This document shows positions 19,135 through 26,959 of a stretch of DNA of 64,000 bases, in pieces. Location: the sequence record NC_010811.2. One strand, written 5' to 3'. The notes below the pieces were generated by a model. The model made no database searches. It was not told where the DNA came from and saw only the letters and a list, made by a program, of their open reading frames with translations. The position numbers were made by a program, and so were the translations under genes. Position 1 is the stretch's first letter. Each line of letters starts with the position of its first letter.

Positions 19135-19204
19135 ACTCCCTTAGTGGGTTCGAACCACTGCCTGCCCCCGTCGGGACCGCTCTACCACTCTAAGCTAAAG
19201 GGAA
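19135..19204 (-). ncRNA. tRNA-like RNA with 4-nt anticodon loop (pseudo-tRNA)
   Basis: TTCCCTT/AAGGGAG acceptor, GCTT/GAGC D arm, GTCCC-GACG-GGGGC arm, AGTGG-TTCGAAC-CCACT T arm; no CCA. Confidence 0.7.
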
Positions 19205-19273
19205 TTGAGTTTGCTCACCAGCATGGAGAAGGTGCGCACAGTGCACCCCCTTGGTCCATACACGGCTTGCAGA

Positions 19274-19351
19274 TGGTCCGAGTGAGAGGATTCGAACCTC
19301 CGACCCCCTGATCCCAAATCAGGTGCGCTAACCAGACTGCGCTACACTCGG
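19274..19351 (-). tRNA. trnP: tRNA-Pro(TGG)
   Basis: CCGAGTG/CACTCGG acceptor, CCTGA-TT-TGG-GA-TCAGG anticodon arm, encoded CCA. Confidence 0.95.
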
Positions 19352-19358
19352 TAAACAG

Positions 19359-19745
19359 TTAGACCGCCAACGACGATCTATGAAAAGCGATGTGCCTGAA
19401 CACTGGCAACTCTAGCGTCGGCGGGTTGATGGGTAGTCCCCAAGCTTCCAGCAGTGGATGAAACGTTGAGTCGATCCAGCCTTCGGCAACCACAGAATCG
19501 GAATTTGTGGACAGCGTAGGTAGCGGGCGCGCAGTTCGTCTGTAGTAGACAGACTTATCGACAGCGCCACGCTCATGGGGCAAGCGTTCAACCAAGTTGA
19601 GTTCTACGCCTAGTCGCAGCGCCAAACGCACTTGGTACACGTTGGACCCAAGCATGGACACTAGGTCCAATGCCGCGACCTTTTCAAATTGCTCAGCCGC
19701 CTTCAGAATCTCGATCTGCTGGCGAGTCAGGGTAATCTCTGGCAT
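19359..19745 (-). CDS. Putative winged-HTH protein
   Basis: LTRQQIEIL...LDLVSMLGSNVYQVRLALRLGVELNLVER pattern. Confidence 0.55.
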   Translation of the reverse strand: MPEITLTRQQIEILKAAEQFEKVAALDLVSMLGSNVYQVRLALRLGVELNLVERLPHERGAVDKSVYYRRTARPLPTLSTNSDSVVAEGWIDSTFHPLLEAWGLPINPPTLELPVFRHIAFHRSSLAV

Positions 19746-20091
19746 GGAAGTCCACGTCCTCTACGTCAGTGTTGCTAGGGGCCGCTAGTCGCGGCCGGGG
19801 TTGGGGCAATGCCAGCGCCGTTCGGTCAACACGTGGAGGCGCTTGATACACTTCAAGCGACGGGATGACGAATGTTCTTTCATCTCGCCACACACTGCTC
19901 TTTACCGGTGCCACGCACACATACCACTTCTCGTTGTCGTGTGCGAAGCAGAACGGTTCTTTGGGGCGCAGTTGCGACAGATAGGTGGTGACCACCTGAC
20001 CGTCGCGGTACACTTCGATCTCGCGATCATTCGGCCCTTGCTGCTGGCTTACGTCGCGCTGTGCTACGTACGGCACCAGTTCCATCTTCAC
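19693..20091 (-). CDS. Hypothetical protein
   Basis: ORF packing. Confidence 0.55.
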   Translation of the reverse strand: MKMELVPYVAQRDVSQQQGPNDREIEVYRDGQVVTTYLSQLRPKEPFCFAHDNEKWYVCVAPVKSSVWRDERTFVIPSLEVYQAPPRVDRTALALPQPRPRLAAPSNTDVEDVDFHARDYPDSPADRDSEGG

Positions 20092-20425
20092 CTCCTAACG
20101 CAGACAACATCTTCTGGAGCTTGAGGATGCGCGACTGAAGCTGGACCTTACGGCGCTCAACGATTTCTTTCAGCGCGCCAGCATCTGGGCCGTAGAGCTT
20201 CGCCACCCACTGAAGCTTGGTGACGACCACCACTTCAACGTTGTTGGCGCCTGCGTCAAGCTGCACCAGCGCGTCATCACCGTAGAAGTCGATCTTCTCG
20301 TCGATGATGGCGCGCAACTGAGCGAGCGACCCGCAGAAATCACTGAGCGAGTCGATATAGACAGCGCCCGGCACAGTGATGAGTCGCGTAGTCTTCAGCT
20401 CTTCACGAAAATCTTCAAGACTCAT
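20027..20425 (-). CDS. Hypothetical protein
   Basis: ORF with SD (GAGG) upstream and a C-terminal coiled coil. Confidence 0.65.
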   Translation of the reverse strand: MSLEDFREELKTTRLITVPGAVYIDSLSDFCGSLAQLRAIIDEKIDFYGDDALVQLDAGANNVEVVVVTKLQWVAKLYGPDAGALKEIVERRKVQLQSRILKLQKMLSALGGEDGTGAVRSTARRKPAARAE

Positions 20426-20440
20426 AGGAACCTCTAAGGG

Positions 20441-20830
20441 TTAGTCAAGAAATACGGCGTGGCCGTCTTGAATCCAGCCATGCCACAGACCACCAGCCGA
20501 ACCGTCGATCGACGGATGGACGGTGATGTTGTCGAATGTGGCTGCGTCAGGATCAGGACTGCACAACCACGTGATGTTGGAATACGCGTCGCCTGTAACG
20601 CCTTGGACTCGCGTCCAGCCGTGTTCAGGATTCTTACCCTCGGCGATCTGCAAATCGGCCAACGCCGCAGTGAACAGCGCGTGCTGCTCACGCCAGCCAA
20701 CAGACTGGAACATGCACGACTGATAGAAGCTCTTGTCGGGCATCGGGCAGCGGAAGATGAAGCCAACGCGCTGTCCGTCGGCCACCAGCCAACGAGGGTC
20801 AAGCGTGTTGAGTGGGATTCGCGTTGGCAT
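20441..20830 (-). CDS. DUF6527-like hypothetical protein
   Basis: C-terminal ITVHPSIDGSAGGLWHGWIQDG; start at ATG 20830. Confidence 0.5.
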   Translation of the reverse strand: MPTRIPLNTLDPRWLVADGQRVGFIFRCPMPDKSFYQSCMFQSVGWREQHALFTAALADLQIAEGKNPEHGWTRVQGVTGDAYSNITWLCSPDPDAATFDNITVHPSIDGSAGGLWHGWIQDGHAVFLD

Positions 20831-21017
20831 TAGCCGTCTGCTCCTCGAAGATTTCCATGCGCGCCAGCACATAGCGGATGTCGTCGATGCTGTAGTACTC
20901 ACCGAACAGCTGAACGAACGGACGACCACCGTACATGTACGGGGGATTGGTGTCCACCTCCTTCACGAGGTCGCGCTGTGCGCGGCGCAGTGCCGATTCA
21001 CGTTCTTGGGGCGTCAT
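20799..21017 (-). CDS. Hypothetical protein
   Basis: ATG 21017 (MTPQERE...). Confidence 0.55.
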   Translation of the reverse strand: MTPQERESALRRAQRDLVKEVDTNPPYMYGGRPFVQLFGEYYSIDDIRYVLARMEIFEEQTANANANPTQHA

Positions 21018-21163
21018 ATACGTACAGGTCAGGTTTGGTTCCGAGACGAGCGGCAACACCGGCAGACGTCAGCAGCAAGTCCTTGTATCGGCCAAGCGGA
21101 ATCTGGTCGATGTACTCGATCACCGGCTTCTGCCCGAAGTGGACATTGAAATCCATCGCCGCC

Positions 21164-21511
21164 TCACTTACAGTCAGAAGCTGTGATGAACAGCGACCAT
21201 TCGGGGTCGTTCTTGATGGTCGGATTTGCGAAGAATTGAATCGGCTGATCCACGCCCTGCTCCTTCATGAGAGCAGCGTATTCCTGACACAGGACCAACT
21301 TGTTCTCACCGTTGAGAGCGGGATAGTAGGTGGGTCGCGCGCACACCGTGATCAGCTGCACGAGCTCGATGTCGGAGTTCTGAGACTTGATCTGGTTGAA
21401 AGCTTCACGCAGCTTGGGAATCGCGTCGTTGGCTTCCTGCATAGTCTGCAAATTTCCAAGGACATTCTTCATTGCCGCAGTAACGGTCTGAGCGTGCTTG
21501 GATTGATTCAT
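21164..21511 (-). CDS. Hypothetical protein
   Basis: ORF with GAGG SD. Confidence 0.65.
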   Translation of the reverse strand: MNQSKHAQTVTAAMKNVLGNLQTMQEANDAIPKLREAFNQIKSQNSDIELVQLITVCARPTYYPALNGENKLVLCQEYAALMKEQGVDQPIQFFANPTIKNDPEWSLFITASDCK

Positions 21512-21543
21512 GTGAACCTCGAGGGTTAAACAGATTTGCTTTC

Positions 21544-21669
21544 TGGGCGACCGGAAGGAATCGAACCTCCGTCTGCAGGTACCAATCTCAGCATTCGATC
21601 CGGCCTGTTAAGGTTCCCGCGTGTCTAGCGCCGAGATGCACTGCAATTCTGCCACTGAACTACGATCGC
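21544..21669 (-). ncRNA. 126-nt tRNA-like RNA with a 62-nt structured segment in place of the anticodon loop
   Basis: GCGATCG/CGGTCGC acceptor, GTTC-AGTGGCA-GAAT D arm, TGCAG/CTGCA stem, GGAGG-TTCGATT-CCTTC T arm. Confidence 0.8.
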
Positions 21670-21706
21670 GTTGATGCTTTCTGGGCAGCCCTCGGCAGAA
21701 GGCGTC

Positions 21707-21952
21707 CTAGAAAGTTGTTACTTCGTACTTGCGTCCGTGAAACTGGGCGATCCAAATCTCCTGGTCCTGATGCGTGCAGAAGATCTGGTCACCAAGATCT
21801 TCGCGACGCACGAATATTGTGCATTTGATCTTGGCAAACTTCTCGTCAGCATGAAGCACTTGGTAGGTATTCCACTGGCCTTTGAGCTCGACCAAAGAGC
21901 CTTTCGTTAGCAGTTGCATGTCGAAGAACGGTTGAAAGTCCAGGGATTTCAT
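21707..21952 (-). CDS. Hypothetical protein inserted in the RNA-gene cluster
   Basis: 81-aa ORF with GGAG SD. Confidence 0.6.
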   Translation of the reverse strand: MKSLDFQPFFDMQLLTKGSLVELKGQWNTYQVLHADEKFAKIKCTIFVRREDLGDQIFCTHQDQEIWIAQFHGRKYEVTTF

Positions 21953-22000
21953 CGTAGCTGATCTCCTCCCTGGACTTCGGGCACTAACCCCAATCTAACT

Positions 22001-22178
22001 GTTCGTTACATCCACCCTAGTTACGATAATGAGAAAACCCGACCCTCTACCGCTGAGGTACCGCCGTCCTTAATCAACTCGTGAGAATTGACTAAGGCAC
22101 GGCGGACGGGATTCGAACCCGCGTCTTTCAGGCTTAACCATGGCTTCTTAGAGTAATCGCCATGGCAGGGTGCCGAAC
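22001..22178 (-). ncRNA. Circularly permuted tRNA-like RNA (YrlA/Y-RNA-like), copy B
   Basis: 5' to 3' order: CCTGA, AAGAC, T arm GCGGG-TTCGAAT-CCCGT, CCGCCGT, hairpin linker, ACGGCGG, D arm CCTC-AGCGGTA-GAGG, TCGGG. The ends pair (CACCCTG/TAGGGTG, GTTCG/CGAAC). Confidence 0.75.
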
Positions 22179-22210
22179 TACTGAACTTAGATTGCTTACA
22201 GGTCACACGT

Positions 22211-22385
22211 TAGAGGTAATACGCGAACGATAATCGAACTCGACGCCTGATTAGGGCGTTGCGTCTACCAGTTTCGCCACTCCTACATCAAACACGCTGC
22301 AAGCAACACGCTTGATGCAGGAGGTTGGATTCGAACCAACAGTGAGTTCCGTATAACGCTAACGACTACGCTAACGCTTCCTCTA
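22211..22385 (-). ncRNA. Circularly permuted tRNA-like RNA (YrlA/Y-RNA-like), copy A
   Basis: T arm GTTGG-TTCGAAT-CCAAC and CTCCTGC precede GTAGGAG and a Leu-type D arm (GGCGAAACTGGTAGACGC). The ends pair (TAGAGG/CCTCTA, TAGTCG/CGATTA, GAACTC/GAGTTC). Confidence 0.7.
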
Positions 22386-22390
22386 TGCTT

Positions 22391-22397
22391 TATTTAC
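22391..22397 (-). promoter_or_regulatory. GTAAATA phage promoter motif driving the RNA cluster
   Basis: CAGCAGTAAATA 6 nt upstream of the predicted 5' end of RNA A; preceded by the GGGACTACC/GGTAGTCCC hairpin (22402-22429). Confidence 0.65.
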
Positions 22398-22436
22398 TGC
22401 TGGGACTACCGCCGAGTGTTGGTAGTCCCGAAATCC

Positions 22437-23234
22437 TTACACCTGATTGCTGGCCGGCGACGTGCGCAGCGGTCCCAGGATCAGGTCGGCGAGACGCTGG
22501 CCGATGTTGTCAACCGTTTCCACCTGCACGCTGTTGGCGCGAGTACGAGCGGCCTTGGTCTCGACGATCAGTTCATCGATGATGGCCAGCGCCTGCGCCT
22601 TCTGCAGTGCAGTAGTGGCGCCACTCACCGTGTTGATGGTGAAGGTGCCGACCACCTTGTCGGTCGTCACTTCCTTGACTTGTGCCGGATGCTTGTCGGT
22701 TGCTTCGTACAGCACGACCGGGGTCATCACCTTCTCGGTCTTCGTGGCGACTTGCGGCTGCGTGGCGCGCCACGTGCCGGGTTGCGCAGCGCTTGCGTCC
22801 GGCGCCCAGCCCTTCGACGCGTCGAGCGTCGGAATCTGGGTGAACAGCTTGCGGAGTTCGTTGAGGCGGACTTCCAGCCCCATGAGCTCGTCCACCGGCA
22901 CGTTGGTGGCAATTGCCTGACCGTTGTACATCAGATCGGCGACAGCCTTGGTGTTGGTCACGTTCTTCGTGAAGAGCGTCTGCTCGGCCTTGGCCCAATA
23001 GGTGAGATAGTAGTCGAGCGTGGCGAGCACCGTCGTCGGCAGTTCCTTGTCCTGACGCGCCGCCGCTTCGATCTTGGCATTCGACGGATCGTCGGTCAGC
23101 AGTTCGAGGGTCTTCGTGAAGCCGGTGAAATACTGATCGCCCTTGGCGAACTTGTTCTGCGTGTCAGCGGTCAGCTGATCACGTGCGTTGATCACAGTCT
23201 TTTCAGCTGCGAGAATTTCGTGGAGTTGTGCCAT
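22437..23234 (-). CDS. Conserved-looking helical hypothetical protein
   Basis: MAQLHEILAAEK...; strong phage-like codon usage; own GTAAATA motif at 23284-23290. Confidence 0.8.
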   Translation of the reverse strand: MAQLHEILAAEKTVINARDQLTADTQNKFAKGDQYFTGFTKTLELLTDDPSNAKIEAAARQDKELPTTVLATLDYYLTYWAKAEQTLFTKNVTNTKAVADLMYNGQAIATNVPVDELMGLEVRLNELRKLFTQIPTLDASKGWAPDASAAQPGTWRATQPQVATKTEKVMTPVVLYEATDKHPAQVKEVTTDKVVGTFTINTVSGATTALQKAQALAIIDELIVETKAARTRANSVQVETVDNIGQRLADLILGPLRTSPASNQV

Positions 23235-23292
23235 GATGAGAATGAAGATGGTTAGGTTGGTGGCGCATAGTGGCACCGCCTACTATTTACTG

Positions 23293-23634
23293 CTACAGAA
23301 GGGAGCCTACGGCATCGGTGTTCTGCTCAACAACCAACACCTGCTTCTCGATCCAGTACCCAACGTGGCTCCGGCACCATTTCAGACCACGATCTTTCTT
23401 GATGCCGAGGTCGCCGTGTCCACCGTGGATGCGGCAATGCTCTTCGTAGTCGGCCAGCAGCTTGATGCGCATTGCGCGGTACGCTCCAGCTTTCGTTGTG
23501 TGGTGTGATACAGGATACGCAGCGCTTTCGTAGATGCACGGATTGTGCATGAACGTGAAGCACGGCAGGTGGATGTGAGCTTCCAAGAACTTAGGCGCGC
23601 TGAAGCCTACGAGCGTGATCTGATCTTCGCGCAT
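23293..23634 (-). CDS. Hypothetical protein
   Basis: ORF packing. Confidence 0.6.
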   Translation of the reverse strand: MREDQITLVGFSAPKFLEAHIHLPCFTFMHNPCIYESAAYPVSHHTTKAGAYRAMRIKLLADYEEHCRIHGGHGDLGIKKDRGLKWCRSHVGYWIEKQVLVVEQNTDAVGSLL

Positions 23635-23637
23635 GGC

Positions 23638-24093
23638 CTATCCGAGGATGATGACTTGTTGGTCGGCATCCCGGATCAGATACGAGTACATGGCCATCAG
23701 ATCAGCGGGCGTTATGAACAGTCCCTCTTCCATCCAGATTCGCGGATGCGGAGTGCTCAGATACTTGCCATTCAGCACCGTCTCCACATTCGTCACCGCG
23801 ACATGGTGCTTGCCCAACTTCTGCAGCGTACGCCGCAGGTGCTCAACAGAGCGCTGGTCCCGCGTCGTTACATACAGGTCTCCAGGCTCTGCCATATTAA
23901 GAGCAGCGGTGGTCTTTCCGGTGCGCATGCCGGTACCCAATCGGATCGTACGCATGTCACGCACCCAATGCTGAGTTGCGGCGGGCCCCCGACGCATGTG
24001 GGGCAGAAGGCCCTGTGAATTCTCTCGCAAGCCTTCGTTGATATCGAGGGCCAAGCGCACAAGCTCAGCGAAACGAAATTGATTGGGGTTCAT
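23638..24093 (-). CDS. Small P-loop protein
   Basis: GMRTGKTT Walker A; RIWMEE Walker-B-like. Confidence 0.6.
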   Translation of the reverse strand: MNPNQFRFAELVRLALDINEGLRENSQGLLPHMRRGPAATQHWVRDMRTIRLGTGMRTGKTTAALNMAEPGDLYVTTRDQRSVEHLRRTLQKLGKHHVAVTNVETVLNGKYLSTPHPRIWMEEGLFITPADLMAMYSYLIRDADQQVIILG

Positions 24094-24614
24094 ACGATAA
24101 CTCCAGTTGCAGTGAAGTACCGAATGGGAGCAACCGGGGTGAAGAACATGTCCACCGGTTGCTGCCAGTTCCGAGACAAATGGAGGCGATAGTTCTGGCG
24201 GATACGTCGACGCGATTTGTTGAGGAGGCGAGTGGGTCCACGCTGTGCGTACTTGCGCGGCGTGTGCCACTCGAACCAATTAGGGCGTTCGCCCTTTGGG
24301 TCTTTCATCTCGTGCAGTTCGTGGATCCGACCCTTACGGTCCATGATCCACTTCACTACGCGATACTGAGGGCCAAGCTCCACCTTGAATCCAGGGACAA
24401 TGGCGCCCGATCCGCGCAATTGCTCAAGGTATGACTGGATACCAATCAGGATCTGCTGACGAGTGTACTCGTTACCGCAGTCTTTGTCGTCAAACAGTTC
24501 TTTCGGCACAAGGAACGCATCCTGCAGCGACTGCTTGATGATTTCTTGCACACGGCGCACGTCTTCAGACAGTGGATTGGCGTTGGGTAAGGTCCCGTGT
24601 TCAATCAGTGACAC
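24090..24614 (-). CDS. Stand-alone tail-sheath C-terminal-like domain protein
   Basis: ILIGIQSYLEQLRGSGAIVPGFKVE...VDMFFTPVAPIRYF resembles the sheath C-terminal domain pattern. Confidence 0.45.
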   Translation of the reverse strand: MSLIEHGTLPNANPLSEDVRRVQEIIKQSLQDAFLVPKELFDDKDCGNEYTRQQILIGIQSYLEQLRGSGAIVPGFKVELGPQYRVVKWIMDRKGRIHELHEMKDPKGERPNWFEWHTPRKYAQRGPTRLLNKSRRRIRQNYRLHLSRNWQQPVDMFFTPVAPIRYFTATGVIV

Positions 24615-25272
24615 GATCAGCTCCCAAAGACTGCGTCAGATAGTGACGCACAGCGTCCGCCATCTGGTCACGGATAGCGAGCGGCATATTGTTGTACGCG
24701 AGTACGAACAGCGCGTATTCCGGCTCTTCCCTGCGATGCGTACCGCACAACATCTCGGCGAGGAGCTGGCCAACCGACACCTTGACTGTGTCCTGCACCG
24801 CTTCAGGCAGCGGACTGTGATTGGGCTTCGACGCTTGCTTGGCACGGATCTTCTCGATCTTGGTCCAGATGCGCGTGAGTTCGGTTTCGCCGTCCTGATG
24901 CATGTCGCGACCCTGCGCCAAGCACAGCGCGGCCAGCGTAACCATGACCCCACCTACTTCCTGATACACTTCGCCAACTGGACGGCCGAACACGTAGTCC
25001 ACAAGCTGATGCGCTTCGCTGGCGGTGCAGCCACACGCTTGCACCAGCTCCAGGGCTTCTTCAAGGAAGCGATGGTTGCGTTCCACAACGTCCGCGGACA
25101 CTGCGGGGCCGAAGCATTCCATCATCCAGGGCTGGACTCGTGCCTGGAACGAGGGCTGGCTGGCCTTGGCACTGACGAATTGCTCCAGCTCGTGATAGCC
25201 GCTGTTGCGCAGTACGCGGCGCGCGTTTTCAGCGCTAACTTCGTACGAAGGACCATCATCATCGAACGTCAT
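24601..25272 (-). CDS. MazG-like all-alpha NTP pyrophosphohydrolase domain protein
   Basis: RFLEEALELVQA...QEVGGVMVTLAALC acidic helical motif. Confidence 0.55.
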   Translation of the reverse strand: MTFDDDGPSYEVSAENARRVLRNSGYHELEQFVSAKASQPSFQARVQPWMMECFGPAVSADVVERNHRFLEEALELVQACGCTASEAHQLVDYVFGRPVGEVYQEVGGVMVTLAALCLAQGRDMHQDGETELTRIWTKIEKIRAKQASKPNHSPLPEAVQDTVKVSVGQLLAEMLCGTHRREEPEYALFVLAYNNMPLAIRDQMADAVRHYLTQSLGADRVTD

Positions 25273-25273
25273 C

Positions 25274-25816
25274 TTAGCCCTCTCTTGGGGTACGTTGGAC
25301 TGTTGTCGTATGCGAGCCGCGCAATTGGCTCTGCAGCTTCTCGATGTGAAGCTCCATCTCGTGGACCAGTCCCTTGGGTTCACTCACCGAGTAGAAGTCC
25401 ATAAGCTGCTTCCACTCCTCTGGATACACTGGATCCTGCGGCACCATGTAGTAGATGCTGTCGACCGCCACGATCCCGTCTCCGGAGTAGTGCGGGTCCC
25501 ACACCATCTTGCTCTTGGACCACACGGTCGCATGGCTGATAGACAGATCGCGGGGCGAACGCCCGACTGCGATGTAGAACTCAGGCACTTCGCCGTTGTC
25601 CCAAGGATGACCCTGTTCCCAGAGATAATCCATCTTGTGGGCTGTGGACAGCCATTCCACGACGCGAGCCGTGTGGTCGTTGCGCCCGAACATGTCTTCG
25701 AACGGCGGCACCATCCACAGAGGGAGTTCGAGAATCGACGCCAAGCACGCGGCAAGACAGTTGCCGTTATGGATTGCGTTCTTGGCGTACAGCTTTGACT
25801 GGAGAACAGGTTTCAT
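25274..25816 (-). CDS. Putative papain-like (Cys/His) peptidase domain protein
   Basis: GNCLAACLASIL...HATVW...VWDP. Confidence 0.45.
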   Translation of the reverse strand: MKPVLQSKLYAKNAIHNGNCLAACLASILELPLWMVPPFEDMFGRNDHTARVVEWLSTAHKMDYLWEQGHPWDNGEVPEFYIAVGRSPRDLSISHATVWSKSKMVWDPHYSGDGIVAVDSIYYMVPQDPVYPEEWKQLMDFYSVSEPKGLVHEMELHIEKLQSQLRGSHTTTVQRTPREG

Positions 25817-26037
25817 GTTGGATCTGCGATAGTTTTGAGAAGGACGCCAAACCACTTAACACGCGGCATCACCCAGTAGATGAAGAACGCGAAGTTCTCG
25901 ACATCCACCTCCACAGCGTCTCGCAGTGGATAGATAGCAACCAGCGTCACTCCAGGAAACGATTCGAGATGCTTTATGTTTGCCTGCATGTCCATCGGTG
26001 GTCCACGATGATACAGCTTGAAGCGCGCGACGCTCAT
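25813..26037 (-). CDS. Hypothetical protein
   Basis: ATGA overlap with the downstream gene. Confidence 0.55.
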   Translation of the reverse strand: MSVARFKLYHRGPPMDMQANIKHLESFPGVTLVAIYPLRDAVEVDVENFAFFIYWVMPRVKWFGVLLKTIADPT

Positions 26038-26048
26038 GATCTACGCTC

Positions 26049-26276
26049 TTATTGGTTGGATGGCGCTGGCCGACAGTCACAGTGAGGGGCAACTCGCACA
26101 TCAGGTCGCTTGTCAGCCTGATCGATGTACGAACGATTCCAGAAGATGAGGAAGGCTAGTGCCAGCAGGCCAAGCATTACAACGCCTGCTCCGTCGTATG
26201 GACTGGCATTCCACCACGTCCACACCACAAAAAGCACAACTACCACGGTCACTACGATATGAAAGATGGCGGTCAT
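26049..26276 (-). CDS. Two-TM membrane protein
   Basis: Two hydrophobic stretches. Confidence 0.6.
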   Translation of the reverse strand: MTAIFHIVVTVVVVLFVVWTWWNASPYDGAGVVMLGLLALAFLIFWNRSYIDQADKRPDVRVAPHCDCRPAPSNQ

Positions 26277-26776
26277 AAACGTCGCTCCAAAAGGCGCCGC
26301 ATGAAGCCCTTGCGGTTTACAGTCTGGTGCAGGACTGCAGCCATTGCTTCACCGGCTTTCTTATGTTGCTCAGCAATGTAGGCTGCTCGTTGGTCTGGCG
26401 TCATGGTCGCGAGCAATGCTTCGCGCGCTTTGGCCTCGCGCGTGTACTGCTGAATGCGTTCCCACTCGTCGTAGTCTGGGGTCCACGCAACACCTGAGCG
26501 CCACACAGCGATCAGTGAACCATCCAGGAATTGAGCCGCCCATTCGGTACGATCGTAGAAGTGCAGGATGCCGTGGAAGTTCTGATCACCGACCAAACGC
26601 AGTTCGCCGTAGTATTCAGGCGTGTACCGCAGGAGGCGCCCTTCACGCGTGATCTCGTACACATCCATGTCGCAGCCTAAGTCCTTCGTCTGGAAGGGGC
26701 CGTCCTGTTGACCATGGAAGTTGTTGGGGTCGTTCTTCGGCAACCAATCACAGAGCACGTAGTCAAAGCACGACAT
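26273..26776 (-). CDS. Hypothetical protein
   Basis: ORF packing. Confidence 0.7.
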   Translation of the reverse strand: MSCFDYVLCDWLPKNDPNNFHGQQDGPFQTKDLGCDMDVYEITREGRLLRYTPEYYGELRLVGDQNFHGILHFYDRTEWAAQFLDGSLIAVWRSGVAWTPDYDEWERIQQYTREAKAREALLATMTPDQRAAYIAEQHKKAGEAMAAVLHQTVNRKGFMRRLLERRL

Positions 26777-26959
26777 CTAGGAATCCTCCTTCAGCAATCG
26801 CTGCTTCGTTTGTTCGAATTCAGACTCCAGCGCAGGAAAGTCATACGACTGTTCGCTACTGAGGAGGCAGTTGGAACACAAGAAGCGCGGATAGCGGCGC
26901 ACCGCCTTGTGTCCACTGGGACTTACGCAGAAGTGCGCCGCTATTACTTCGTCCGTCAC
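26777..26959 (-). CDS. Small hypothetical protein (CxxC)
   Basis: ORF packing. Confidence 0.5.
   Translation of the reverse strand: MTDEVIAAHFCVSPSGHKAVRRYPRFLCSNCLLSSEQSYDFPALESEFEQTKQRLLKEDS

Noticed and set aside
19205-19273. Long imperfect hairpin between the pseudo-tRNA and tRNA-Pro
   Set aside because: No T loop or acceptor pairing; could be a processing spacer, with insufficient evidence for a separate RNA.
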